Source: Rhina ancylostomus (Eukaryota). Taken from it: a DNA stretch of 64,000 nt. The position numbers and the translations under genes are program-made. The stretch is taken from assembly GCA_030265395.1 (NCBI GenBank), contig JARFYF010000055.1, positions 20,214,896-20,278,895 of the forward strand, in the 5' to 3' direction. This document shows, piece by piece, positions 36,152-49,075 of the stretch (the stretch's first letter is position 1; each line of letters begins with the position of its first letter). The notes below the pieces were generated by a model, which searched no databases, had not been told where the DNA came from, and was given only the letters and a program-made list of their open reading frames with translations.

Positions 36152-36492
36152 ACCACCAAGGACATCTTCAAGAGACAGTGCCTCAAGAAGTTGGCATCCA
36201 TCATTAAGCACCCTCACCACCCAGGACGTGCCCTCTTCACGTTACTACCATCAGGGAGGAGGTCCAGGAGCCTGAAGACCCACACTCAGGGTTTCAGGAA
36301 CAACTTCTTCCCCTCTGCCATCAGATTTATGAACGGTCCATGAATTCATAAACACTACCTCGTTGTTCCTCTTTTGCACTATTTATTTATTTCTGTAATT
36401 TTTACGTTTTTATGTCTTGCACTGTACTGCTGCCATAGAACAACAAATTTCACGACATATGTCAGTGATAATAAACTGGATTCTGATTCTGA
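36152..36492 (+). mobile_element. Rex1/Babar LINE 3' end
   Basis: KDIFKRQCLKKLASIIKHPHHPGRALFTLLPSGRRSRSLKTHTQGFRNNFFPSAIRFMN; tail AATAAACTGGATTCTGATTCTGA. Confidence 0.92.
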
Positions 36493-36544
36493 AAAGCAGG
36501 GAATAATTACTTGGGAATATCATCTAGCCTAATGTTTCAATGAA

Positions 36545-36708
36545 GCAGTGGAAGAGTACGACACTGCCAGAGATGCTATTCTTCAAACAAAGTCTTAAAC
36601 CAAGGATATGTGGGCTTATTCTGGTGGACGTTACATATTCCATGGATTAGTCAGAAATAGGCAGAAAGTTTACCAGGATTCTGCCAATGATCAACCCTCA
36701 ACCCACAC
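36545..36708 (+). mobile_element. Deu-domain SINE fragment
   Basis: CACTGCCAGAGATGC...TTAAACCAAGG...GGTGGACGT...TCCATGG...CCCTCAACC. Confidence 0.55.
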
Positions 36709-37469
36709 GTTCAAACAAACAGCACCGCTTTGTGTCCTTGCTTTTGGTTAGATCCTCCTATACACCAAGTAGTTGCTACCTTGCTACATTTATAGTACAG
36801 CAGCAAACAACACTCTTCAATGTAATTTATTGCAAGTAAAATTACTTGAGGCATCTTGCAGATGTGATGAGGCATTATATAAACTGTACTTTTGTTGCAA
36901 AGTACCTGCAAAATGGACAATTTTTTATTCAATCATCACATTTTGTCATCCTTAGGTTTGACAGCTTTATGCCTGTCCGCAACACTGAATATGATGGAAT
37001 CAGGAACATTTGTCCATTCTTTACACAAGCTATATTTTGCCTAGTAATTGCCACAACAACACTACTAACATATTACTAGTATCTAGTATTATTAAGGAAC
37101 AATAATGAATAATTGCTAGCTGCTTAATATACTCCTAAATACTGGTGAAAGTTACCAATTAGTTATTAATTATGAAATGGGCCAGGTGAGCCCTCCACTA
37201 GTACCTTAGTGTTTGCAAGATCTATGTTGCCAGACCAAGCAGAAATAATATTGGACTCAACAAAATTATTTGATCTACAAAAGTCCTGAAAAAAAAATTA
37301 GCCAAGGTCAAGGTCATGTTCAAAGGGCAACTTCCTGAGAAAGACTCTTTTCTGTGAGTGGATTTGTCATCCAAAGGTATTGTTGTGGCATTTCAAATTT
37401 ATAGTTTTCTTCAAGAAAGCAGTTCAAGTACTGATGATATCATTTAGAAACCATTTTTGTTTTACTTAT

Positions 37470-37865
37470 TAATTTAGTAGATGTGGGCTTCTCTGGGAAG
37501 AGTAGCATTTATTACCAATAAGAACATGGTGTTGAGCTACCATCCTGAGATGTGATGAAGGTACTCCCACATTGTGTTTTCCAGGATTTTGATCCAGTGG
37601 TATTGACAGACTGGTGATATATTTCTGAGTCAAGATGGTGTGTGGTTTTCCATGCACATGATGTCCTTGTCATTTGGCATGTATAGGTTGTGGGTAATTG
37701 AAGGAGTCTTGACAAAGCTTGTAAATAGAATGCAATGTGATGGTGATAGAGGGAGTGAATGTTCAGGGTGGTGATTAGGATCCAGTGATGCAGTTGCTTT
37801 GTCCTGAATGAGCTTTTTGAGAGTCATCAGAGCTACACTTATCCAGGCAAGTAGAAACAACATAA
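37470..37865 (-). mobile_element. CR1/L2-group LINE 3' fragment
   Basis: Reverse of 12700-13140 (GATGTGGG...AGCATTTATT; GCTTTGTCCTGAATG; peptide LAWISVALMTLKKLIQDKA). Confidence 0.75.
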
Positions 37866-38031
37866 ATTGCAGATAGCTTTGCTGCAGCATTGTTATCCAG
37901 GCCTGCCTAGCTTGCAACCAAGAAAGCTGGGTGTACCCCCATTAGAGCTCTGGGCTAATGGGTTGGAGCACTCTTAAAAATGAAAGAAGTCCTGTAGCAC
38001 TCAGCACATTGGTAGTTCCAGTCCATGTGAC

Positions 38032-38531
38032 TGTCATGGTTCTGAGTTCTGGCCCTCAGTTTGGCTCCTTTAATATCTTATTATCCAGCACATGGATTCC
38101 ATGCTGGACTGATTACATAACGACACACACCTGAGCACCCTCGGGGCNNNNNNNNNNNNNNNNNNNNNNNNNNNNNNNNNNNNNNNNNNNNNNNNNNNNN
38201 NNNNNNNNNNNNNNNNNNNNNNNNNNNNNNNNNNNNNNNNNNNNNNNNNNNNNNNNNNNNNNNNNNNNNNNNNNNNNNNNNNNNNNNNNNNNNNNNNNNN
38301 NNNNNNNNNNNNNNNNNNNNNNNNNNNNNNNNNNNNNNNNNNNNNNNNNNNNNNNNNNNNNNNNNNNNNNNNNNNNNNNNNNNNNNNNNNNNNNNNNNNN
38401 NNNNNNNNNNNNNNNNNNNNNNNNNNNNNNNNNNNNNNNNNNNNNNNNNNNNNNNNNNNNNNNNNNTTTTTCTTGTTCCTTCATCTGAAATTTCTGTGCT
38501 CCAGAGCACTGGCTCATTGGTGACCATGACA
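38032..38531. mobile_element. Probable solo LTR (Gypsy-like), interior mostly gap
   Basis: Starts TGTCATGGT and ends ACCATGACA (9-bp terminal inverted repeat, TG...CA); flanks TGAC / TCAC match 3 of 4 as a target-site duplication. Confidence 0.7.
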
Positions 38532-38649
38532 TCACTGAGCAATAAGAATTTGACTTAACTGACTGGCCACAGATAGCAACTTCCAGCAGTGATTCCAGGC
38601 AAGCTGAGGCAGAGACGAATTAGAAGCATCCTTAGTAGGAATCATCCAT

Positions 38650-38890
38650 AGGGCAGCACAATGGCACAGCAGGAGGTGCTGCAGCTGCTTCACCATCCTG
38701 CTCTCCCGGTTCTCTCTGTGTGGAGTTTGCATGTTCTCCCTATGACCACATGAGTTTTCCCTCAGTTTCTTCATTCACTTCCCACATTGCTGTTGGCAGG
38801 TTAACTGGCTGTTGTAAAGTACCCCTAGTGCAGGTGGGTGGTAGGAGAATCAGGGGGTAGTCAATGGGCATGTGAAAGAGCATGGATTTA
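38650..38890 (+). mobile_element. V-SINE
   Basis: GGCAGCACAATGGCACAG...CTGTGTGGAGTTTGCATGTTCTCCC...CCCCTAGTG. Confidence 0.85.
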
Positions 38891-41800
38891 GCTCTGAACC
38901 AAGACTTCATGAGTTGTCCTTTCCCTGATGCATTTATGGCTGGCGCTGAATTTCCAAGTAATTATGGCAGTTTTGGTTGCTGTTTCCATGGAAGGCACAT
39001 TCCAACATGCTACTGTATATCGATCATAAAGCTCATATTACTGCTGTAGATGTACATGTAGTCATTCCCCACACAATTATTCTTTTAAAGACTCTAAGTG
39101 CTACTTATTTTGAGCAAAAAAGACATAGCTTTAGCTAGTAAAACAAAACACAAGATGGAACATTTTTGTTCCTAAAAGCTGCAACTGGACCTTCTTATCA
39201 CTTAGACCTGTGCACAATCCAGAAACGGAACCAATATTACAATGCCCTGTCTATCAAATCCCTGCCGAAATTGCAGAATAAACTTCAAAAAAATTGCAAC
39301 AAAAGTCCAGATGTTACAGACAAAATTGTAGAGAAGTAATATTAATTTTTTTTCAGCAGTAGTAATTTATAAAAACGAGTAGGTATTTTAATTTGTGGGG
39401 GTGAAAACAATTTCAACTATATTAACTTTTTATTTTTTAAAGAATATTTAATAGCTGTGAACAATGGTGTTACCCTGTGGTTAATTTAAACCACAGGGCA
39501 AGCTGCTGTCGTTCTCAGTTTTCAGCCATTATTCTCCATTGAGGACTGGAGAGTGAGCATTGAATACCCAAAAGGTGGGGTTGCGNNNNNNNNNNNCAAA
39601 CCCTTGCTGGGGAAGCCACAATCCCAACTCTCAGCCTGCTGCAACTCAAGGGCAGGTCCCCCCAGCCCACGCCAACTGCTCCTCACCTGCAGGATCAAGC
39701 GTCTTCCAGAATCTCTACAGACAATCCATCAAGCCCACTCTGGAATGGTCACTGACCCCTGACACAAACACCCATTTGCCAATCCCACCATCCACTGCCT
39801 CTGCACTGGATCTCTCCTTTCCAGACTGGGTATCTGTGTGAGAGATACAGAGAGATGGCAGGGAGTGACCAAGATGGCACAGAGCACTGATAACCCTAGC
39901 TGAAAGATTGTGGCAGATGGCTGATGTTCAGAATCATAAGTTTTACTATGTAAATTAACAACTTTTTGAAATCATCAACTAATTTGGACTATGTCAAGAA
40001 TGATTAAGAAACAATCAAAAACGTAAAACATTCAATTGTAAATCCACTAAAACAATTGCATATACCTTACAATCCCTATAAATTGCTCAATTGTGCAAGC
40101 ATTTCTACCATACAGTTACCAAGCCTTGCCTCTCCAATCTCCATGCTTCTTATTATATTTTTATTGTCCACAGTGCATAATTATTATAGGACATCGGTGA
40201 ATTTGTGAGCTGGGAAATGAAGAAAACATGAACATTTTGCTTTGATTCTATCAACCTAATGAAAGTGAAGAATGACAAAAGTGTGCACTGAAAGGAAATG
40301 ATTCATACTTCCCTATCCTTGGCAACAGGTAATAGGGCTGTGATGCTCTCCAGTTTTAAATCAAGAAATAGAGTATAGTAGTACGGTATTTTTGACATAA
40401 TTCTACTTGTTATTACATAGAAATGAGATTAAGAGGATGGGTTATCAGGTTTAACATATACATTTAGGTTCTTTATTAATAATACATCTAAATCCAGGCA
40501 CCTGCTCCATTCCCATGTTCCTTTTCCCCAGATCCTTGTATCTTATTCCAAGTACCTGTTCTTTTTCAGTAACCCTTTATTCCTCTCTGCCCCATATCCC
40601 TTCATCCCAACTATCTGCTCTGTCTTCATACCCCTTTATCCCCCATCCTTGTCCTCTTCCTGTATCCCTTTATAATAGGGACCAATTCTGTTCTGATATC
40701 TCCGCATCCTAGTACTCACTGTGTTCCCATATTCCTTTATCATGGCTTATTTCAACCGTTTATTTAATCTAATGCTAAAATTTGACATTTGGTAAGGAAG
40801 GTTGGGGGAGGGGGCTGCTGCTTCAATAATTAATTCTGGTATTGCATTCCAGTTTCTGCATTCTCTATGTGTTATGTTTTACCTGCTCCCTGTCGTAACT
40901 CTCTTATACTCAATTTTATGCCTACCCATCCTGTGCCATCCCTTCAGAACACTTCAGTGAGGTACCAGAGACCCAAACCACAGAAAAATGCTTTGAGCAA
41001 TATGTGAATTAATGCAAATAGTTGGGCAATATTATCAAAAGACCGTGCTCTAAAAATTGGTTTCTATCATCAAAAAGATCCAAATAATCTAATAGAAAAG
41101 TTACTAGCCCATGAGTTCAGGAAGTGTGGAAAAGGGAGGAAAGTATTCATCAAAATAATTTTAAAATCAGTATAAAAGAAGAAAGAAAATCCTTTTTTTG
41201 TCATTTGGTCCCTGGGAGTTTGAGTTTACAGAAATGCTGCACAGACTGAACACAGCTCCCAGTTAATTATCTGCCAACACTGTTTATCTTTTCCGTTGTG
41301 TTATTTTAATTAATGTCGATTTCCTCCAAGCGAAGCAGCTGTCGTGTAAATAGTGAAATCATGCCATCCTATCCATGTTCTGGAACTCATGAAAAGGGAT
41401 GACACATACTCCTTTATTTTGTTTCTCTGATATAAGCTGAAGAGTGGTCTGATCTCGTCCACCTATCCACTCACTCACAGGCAGCACATTGATAATTGAC
41501 ATCTCCCAGTTACAGAATTACACTTGCTTTTCTAAGGGGAAAAAATGCACAAGTTTGCAATATATTCATTTTATTTAATAGACAAGCATGAAAATTCACC
41601 TTAAAACCTCAATCTCAATTTAGATCAACTCCCAGCAGGCGGACCAAGGAGGATTAAAATATTGTAATCAAGCTGGCCCCAGTCCCCAATTCTATAGTAT
41701 TTATATTGACAATCCAAGCACTGGACTAGACTCCTGCTTGAAGCTTATGGAAAGTTGGGATGGCGGAAAGGGGGAGCTCCGAATATACTCTTTGTAGGTA

Positions 41801-42024
41801 AACACAGGAGAAGTCTATTGACCAGCAATAACAACAAGGTGGATGAGCCAATTAGCTGGAAAAGACCCATATAAGCTCTTGAGAGCCATCCCTCAGTGAA
41901 GGCAGACACAGTTTTTGAAATCCACTATTAACTTTTGTGCACCAGTGCACCAGTGTAACATTTGACTATCCTGAACTGTAGTGATCCTTGCCCTCCTGTC
42001 TGCCTCAGAAACTTGCATTACCTT

Positions 42025-42289
42025 GAGTTATACAGCACTAAAACAGGCCCTTCAGCCCAACTGGTCCATGCCCACCAAGATGCCTGTTAACACTAATCCC
42101 ATTTGCCTGTGTTAGGCCAATCTCCCTCTAAACCTTTCCTATCCATGTACCCATCCAAACGTCTTTTAAATGTTGCATTTGTACCTGCCTCTACCACCTC
42201 CTCTGGCAGCTCATTCCATATACTCACTACCCTCTGTGTGAAAAACTTGCCCCTCGGATCCACTTTAAATCTTTCCACTCTCACCTTGT
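42025..42289 (-). mobile_element. Relatively young CR1 LINE 3' end
   Basis: RVERFKVDPRGKFFTQRVVSIWNELPEEVVEAGTNATFKRRLDGYMDRKGLEG in the ORF track. Confidence 0.93.
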
Positions 42290-42846
42290 AGCTACAGCAG
42301 GCACCTTAAAGCACTGGAAAAATACCACCAATATTGCATCAGTAAAATCCTCCAAATTCATCATTAGGTTAAGTGAATTGCCATCAGCAGCCGCTCCAAG
42401 GGCAGAATCTGCAGCATTAAGGTCCTAATTGTACAGTTTAGCTCTGTTGACCAGGCCACCTTGTACCCATGCCTGAGACCAGACTATCAAAATGGACACT
42501 ATTCTGACCTCTGCCCCAAAATTCAAGGATATTCTCAAATTCTTCTTTAAATCCAAGTGATTCCCATGAATCCCTGGCCCATGACCACTCGAAGTGGGGA
42601 AAGGAACATTCAGGATAGTACTATAAGCCTAGAACATATGTCACAGGGGCACACAGAAGCCCAATGTAAATGTCAGAAGGAGTGCACCGCCCCCCAGAGT
42701 AACCCCTCACCTACCTCGCTCAGCACTTTCTGTCCATTCTGTGGAAACATCTGCAGATCCCATACTGATCTCCGTCACCTCCAAACCCATTGAAGTGGAG
42801 TGGAACCAAGCCATCTTCAAACATGAGGAACTACCTAAGAAGAAGA
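42290..42846 (+). mobile_element. RTE (BovB-like) LINE 3' end
   Basis: YSRHLKALEKYHQYCISKILQI...; terminal Zn-finger-like CPFCGNICRSHTDL; tail CTACCTAAGAAGAAGA. Confidence 0.85.
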
Positions 42847-42969
42847 GTTAAGCTTTGGAACCTTATCTCCAGAATTCCTAGCTCTAACTTTGCCTCTTCC
42901 CGATCGATGCCATCAGCAGACACCCATCCCATTTGATGCCATCAACTGTCATTCACCCATACTATGACT

Positions 42970-43260
42970 CTAACCTCCTATTACCCACAGAAATGCTGCA
43001 AAGCTGAACTGTGAAGATGAATTGTAGAGTGCTATAGAGGGCACTAGATGCCACATCATTCCATTTATCAACCAATAAGCAAAATGATGGGTTGAGTTTG
43101 CTTTTTCACTTGCCTTTTGATTGATACCAGCACCAAAAATTTCACTTTCCTTATGATGTGGCAAACTGTTCCTTAATTCCTGTTCTATCACTTTCACAAA
43201 GCTTGCCAATCAAGCTATCTTTTTGAGATTCTTTCTGAATTGTGGTCCTTCTATTGTTAA
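42970..43260 (-). mobile_element. Old LINE RT fragment
   Basis: LASFVKVIEQEL...Q...EKANSTHH resembles the RPISLL-KV.E...Q.GFR..ST segment of LINE RTs. Confidence 0.4.
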
Positions 43261-43909
43261 ACATCCCTTCAATTGTCCTGCTTTACTAAATTTCATTTGT
43301 ACAAAATCTTCTTATCCTCATTATTTGTGACTCTCTGTGACTGAATCTGATGTTGAAATGACTCTACACAGGAAGAGTTTACACCATTGCTATTTAATGT
43401 TCCATGTACCTGAATGTTTAGGACTGACTGATGCATTAGAGTGAAAATGGTCAGCATTGGTACACATCAATAGGAATGTGGTGGCCTTCCTTAAAATTTA
43501 TTGCAAAACCAAGAAATGCAAAGAAGAAACCAAAGCAAGTTAAAGCCTCCCAAGCACTCAGGATTAATATATCACAATGGGGTGCGTATGATTTTTGCTT
43601 CATCAGATAAATTTATTGATGTGTGAACATTTTTCAGAAAAGAGCACAATTCAGGGAAAGTTTAAGTTTCTGAATGCAAGGTCCAAAGATTTTTTTAAAC
43701 ATTTTTTTTTACAAATAGTATGTTAATCCATGCACAAAGCAACTTGGTGATGGAATTTCTTGGAGATGATCTACAACTTAACTTTCAGACTTGTGTATTT
43801 ATGCCATAATCATTAGTCTGGTTTGAAATCAATGACATTATTCTACAATTAAAATGTAAGCACTGACTACTCTACTTTTTTAAGGTGTCAATGTTTTTGT
43901 AAAGTCATG

Positions 43910-44045
43910 GTCTTCTCCTTCTGAGGCAGTCCCTTGGGATCAAGGGTAACTTACATCTGCTCTGTTGAATTTCCTGAGGTGGCTGATGAGCCATGTGGGA
44001 ACCACAGACTCTTCCACAGATGGGACAGCTGGTGGGTGGGTGCAT
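43910..44045 (-). mobile_element. RTE LINE 3' end
   Basis: PPTSCPICGRVCGSH; tail revcomp GGGACTGCCTCAGAAGGAGAAGA, homologous to 42825-42846. Confidence 0.8.
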
Positions 44046-45429
44046 AGTTAGTGAAGTGGTCCAAAGTATCATAAATGTGGCAAATGAATACATACCATAG
44101 CAGTTATAATGCAATTGAGGCAAACTGGCCTGGCATGTGACTGAGCCTTTGGGATGAAAGTTAATTTCAATTAAGTTGCTTCCCATCTAAGGAACTTGAC
44201 CAGATGTGAATATTTGTGTCTTCCAAGGTGGAGTTTACTGTGATATCCCTTTAGTGAGATGCCTGTTGATTCCTTACTGTGTAAACATTCAGCTTAATGT
44301 CGACCAGTGAGACAATTAGAAGTCTGCATCAATGTATTGAACAAGAGGGAGAAAACACAGAGGTGGGGAAGGAAATATCTTTTAGTTACCCATAATGTTT
44401 AAGTCATTAAAAGAGCATTTTATTCATTTTAAATAAAAGTCATTTTTATAACTGAACCTGTACTAAAATAATTTCCTCTGTGTTGTGACTATTACTATTG
44501 AATGGTCCATAGAATAAGAGATACATAATGATTAGTGGTTTCACATTGTCCTGGGGGATGCTTTGAACTTCTTCAAAAAATGCATTGTCAATTAGAGGAT
44601 CAGACTATCATTATATTGTCAATTTTTTTTCTAGATTTCTGAAACCTTTGTTCGGNNNNNNNNNNNNNNNNNNNNNNNNNNNNNNNNNNNNNNNNNNNNN
44701 NNNNNNNNNNNNNNNNNNNNNNNNNNNNNNNNNNNNNNNNNNNNNNNNNNNNNNNGATTTCTGAAACCTTTGTTCGGTACATGAACAAACTGACAGGGGC
44801 ATTAAAGAGAGGATGAAACAGATTATCAATGGTAGTTGTTATTTGAAATAGTTTAGTTATTTGCTATACTACGGCAAAGCAAAAGTACAGTCATGTGAAA
44901 TGAGTTGGCTGATTTTATCAAATCGCTTGAAGATCTGGCAGGGTACAATGTTATGGGTAAACATTGCTCATGGTTCCTACAAGATACAGAAGCAATTGAT
45001 AGACCATGCAAAAGCTACCAACTTATATCCCAATGTATGTACCAGTAAATGAACAAATAACTCATTGAACAGAATGCTATACCATCAAACTCTTACACAC
45101 CCTCTTTTGGCTTTAGATACCTTCCATTCCGTGCACCCTTTCCCTGCTTCTCACTTAAAAGCATGCAAGCACTGCCACTAAAACAGCAAACTAAGTTTGT
45201 TATATCAAGGCCAACAATACCAATATATTCCTTTCCAGTCACTGTAGAAAATACCGGAAACCAGCAAAGGCTCAGAACTGATCAATATCTCAAAACATGC
45301 TGCAGTCTTCCATCCCAACACAGCCAAAAACAGCTTTATGAGGTTAAGGAGAAGAGCTGAGTGAGTAACAGTGTACAGTTGAGAAGGAGCCACTGGTGTT
45401 GCAGAAGAAGCTTCTACAGGTTATTTTGT

Positions 45430-45592
45430 CATTTATTTCCTTGCCATTTGTAGGATTGTTGTAAAGACACTGGTTGCTATGTTTCCTCCATCATAACATT
45501 GCAAAACATATCAACATATTCCATTAGTTGCATAGTGCTCTGGAACACCGAGGTTGGGCAAAGGGCCATCTAAGTGCAAGTCACTTTCTTTT
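45430..45592 (+). mobile_element. Deu-SINE 3' tail
   Basis: TTGCCATTTGTAGGAT...GTTGCTATGTTTCCT...AAGTGCAAGTCACTTTCTTTT. Confidence 0.55.
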
Positions 45593-46339
45593 GCTATGAT
45601 AAAAATATAACAAAACAGATTAAGCCACTGAACACAGAAGGAGAACCTTTAAAACCTCTGCATTTTAAACAGGTTCTTTGGGGCATAAATTGAATCATGT
45701 GTCCAGTTTGCATGCATGAATTGTGTTCCAGTATACCAACGGGTGGCCTGAGCTTAGTCTCCACAGATTGATCCCACCGGCAAATTCATGGACCCATTTA
45801 TGGGTTCTGAAGGCAAACACCTAAAACAAGCATTAGCCCCTTGAATTTGCGAATTAGGACCATAACGTCTTTTAACAGCTCTTGTCAGAAATCGCTGATG
45901 AATGCTGAGGGCACAGAGAGCCTGCCTCATTCAGGATTTCACAACAGCCCCTGTCTCTACTAAATAAAAGAAAACTTATCAATTTTACTTGAAAGAGACA
46001 CAGACAAATTCATCCTCCAGTGTTTCCCTTTTATGATTCTCTATTGAGTTACATTAAGTACCTCGGTTAATCCTGTCCTAACGAGCATTAAAGGGTGTTC
46101 AGGGAACAATTGACAGTTACTTAAATGAACCAAATATGTTAATAATACTCTTCCCATTCAGTATGAAAGCCTTGTAATGGTGGAGGCCCAGAAACAGTGG
46201 ATTTTCTGCCACTACTTTGCCTCACCATCCCCAAATCTTATGAATAAAAATAATCCCATATCAGAATTACCATGTATGGGACAGGAGGTCTTTAACTGGG
46301 GAGGGGGGGTGGGGGGGGATGTTGAGGAGGGATGGCGAT

Positions 46340-48290
46340 AGTGTGCTTCTTCTGCTGTTTACACTGGGTATCTGTGTGCTCCTGATGAATAGATTTGTGA
46401 TTCCCAATGCTATCCTGACAAATCCTCCTTCATTTTTAAGAGCAAGGGCAAGGGGTTCCCATGAAGCCTTTTCCTGGAGGTTCTGAAAACATCCTTGAAT
46501 TGTTTCCTCTGTCCATCTGGTAATCTCTTACTGTAACAGATTACTAAATAGAGTGTCTGCTTCAGCAGCCTGGCTTCAGGTGACTTGGTCTGCCCTTTGG
46601 AGCAAAGAGCAATTAGGGCCTCAGTGCTGGGATGTTGGCCTGGGAAAGNNNNNNNNNNNNNNNNNNNNNNNNNNNNNNNNNNNNNNNNNNNNNNNNNNNN
46701 NNNNNNNNNNNNNNNNNNNNNNNNNNNNNNNNNNNNNNNNNNNNNNNNGACATTGGTTTGCTTATACTAACACTGGATTTGTAGGATTTTGCAGACATAC
46801 TGTTGGTTGTACCTCTCTGGTGCTTTGAGGTGCTTCCTGTCGGAAGTCTATGTCTCTGAAGCTTAGCGGAAGGCAGATCACTACTGCCCAGCAGATCATG
46901 AGCTTAGTGTTGAGTCTGAGGTTTTGGTTTTCCTCAGACAGCCACACTGAAGGTAATGGTGAGTTTGATTGACTGAGAGGTGTCTCCTGAGATATGTGAA
47001 ATGGTTCACATTATACAGGATATTGTCATGTACCTTTATTACTTTGCAGTGATGTTGTACAAAGGAGGCAGGCTGACAGACAACCTTGGTTTTGTGGCTG
47101 TTAGGGGTAAGGCTCACTTGTATGTCTGCTTCATTGAATGAATTGACAATGACGTGGAACAGCTTCCAAACATGGACGTGTGCAAGAATTTTCTGCACAC
47201 TGAAGCCTGATGGCTGATGTGAGGATGACCTTGATTTGGGAGTGGAGGTGATGTATGTTGAAGAGTTTCCCATTTGTCCTGTAACTAGTTCCATTCAAGT
47301 GGGAACCAAGTTGGGGGTGAGGTGCAGCATTGTAGGAAGAAGGATTGAGGAAAGTGATGGGTTGAAGATACAGCCTTGCTTGCCATCAGTCAGCACTGAG
47401 ATTGGTTGTGTGGTCTTTGCTTAAGATTATGGCTTACGTGCTACCAAGCTAGAGAGTTAAGATGGAGAGAAATTTCTGTACACAGCCAAATATGAACAAG
47501 ATGCAGCACGATCCTTCTCGATTGAAGGAGTCAAAGGTTTTTATGAGGTTACAAAGACATTGTAATAATGGTTGATGCTGCTCCTTGCATTTCTCTTGGA
47601 GCTGATATGTCCATTGTACCTCCAAATGTACGGAATTTACACTGCAATTCAGGGACAGCTCTTCAGCCACTGGAAGGATGAGGATTGAGGAGGACCCTTG
47701 CAATGACTTTCCCTGTTGCAGAGCACAGGGAGATTCCTCTATCGTTACTGCCACTGAATTGGTCTCCTGCCTTGATGATAGTCAGGAATATAGCAGTTCT
47801 GATGTTTCCATCATGTTCTTCTCTTCCCAGATGTAGGAAGTAAGGTTATGAATTTGTGGTTGAATCTCCTCCTGGAAAAGAGGCCAGATCAATGGAGATA
47901 ACAGAGTGGATTAGGTGGTGACATCACTACTTATCACAGCACAGGTGATGTGGCCATCCGTGCAGTCAGGACCAGTCCAACAGATGCCAATACCTGGATC
48001 AGCAGGGTATTACCATGAAGTCTTGTGTTTGTCCCTCTGATGAAAAAAAGAGTACTGGTTATGACAAGATCATACTCCAAAAATATTGTCAGGAGAATGA
48101 CTGCACCATATTTCCCTTTCCCTACTACCCTTGCCAGTGTGTTGCACATTTTCTGATCCTGGCAGTAAATCTGCCCAGAGGATCAGTTTGTCTTCCTCTG
48201 AGAAGAGGGCCAGGGTTGAGAAGCAGAAGTCATCCCTGGCCACATCTGTAGCTTCCAGAGCTGGGGCATATATCCTGATAAAGATTCTGC
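46340..48290 (-). mobile_element. RTE (BovB-like) LINE relic with EN, RT and C-terminal segments, internally deleted
   Basis: Minus-strand motifs YAPALEATD, EDKLIL, EYDLVITSTLF and HKTSW (APE EN); LIKTFDSFNREG (RT); VNHFTYL; DGQRKQFKDV (C-terminal). Confidence 0.88.
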
Positions 48291-48365
48291 ATCAGAGTGC
48301 AAACAATATTTATTGATTACAGTAACTATAAGCCAATAGATATTTGGTGTACACAGAAACCATAT

Positions 48366-49075
48366 TTCAAGGTGAAGGCTTTCACTAACTGCAAGCAGCC
48401 AATGCAGATTTGCAGTGGTCTTTTATTGGTCATTCATGCTTGTCTGCTGCTTACAACACTAATGACTTTTAGTTAGCAGAGTGATTTCAACATCTGGTAG
48501 AAAAATATCCTTATTTATCCTACAGGGGAATCAATAGGACACCAGACTAGCTCATTCTTGATGACAAAGCTCACCCCACGAAGATGATGTTACACTCCCA
48601 TTTTGCCTTTCAAGTAGGTACTGTACCCACCACCCTGCTCTTTGAAGTGACCATCTCCTGCACGTCATCTCTCACCCAGGACATCAGTGTCAATGTTAAA
48701 GTATCTGAGTTGCCGGGCTATGTTATTGGAATGACTCTGAGGTCACAGTGACATGGTAAAAATACACAGCAGAGAAGGTAACATTTGAAGCTGATGTGTG
48801 AATTACTGAATATTAATATAAATATTTTCTGTTGCAACTATCTAAAAATTCCAGGTTCAAAAAAAGCAGCACAATATATATTAATTCTTTAAATATTACC
48901 CAATATTTATTTCATTTAGATAGGAATGATTCTTCAAGGTGAAGGCTTTCCACTTACTGTGAGCAACCATTCATTGCTGCAAGGTTTGCACAGTCTTTTA
49001 TTGGTCATACCTGCTGGCCTGCTGCTTACAACCTTTAATGGCTTGTAGCTAGCAGAGTGATTTCAACATATGGTA
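48366..49075. repeat. Diverged direct-repeat pair (~135-140 bp; 48366-48499 and 48933-49075)
   Basis: Shared blocks TTCAAGGTGAAGGCTTTC, GTCTTTTATTGGTCAT, CTGCTGCTTACAAC and TAGCAGAGTGATTTCAACAT.TGGTA. Confidence 0.9.
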
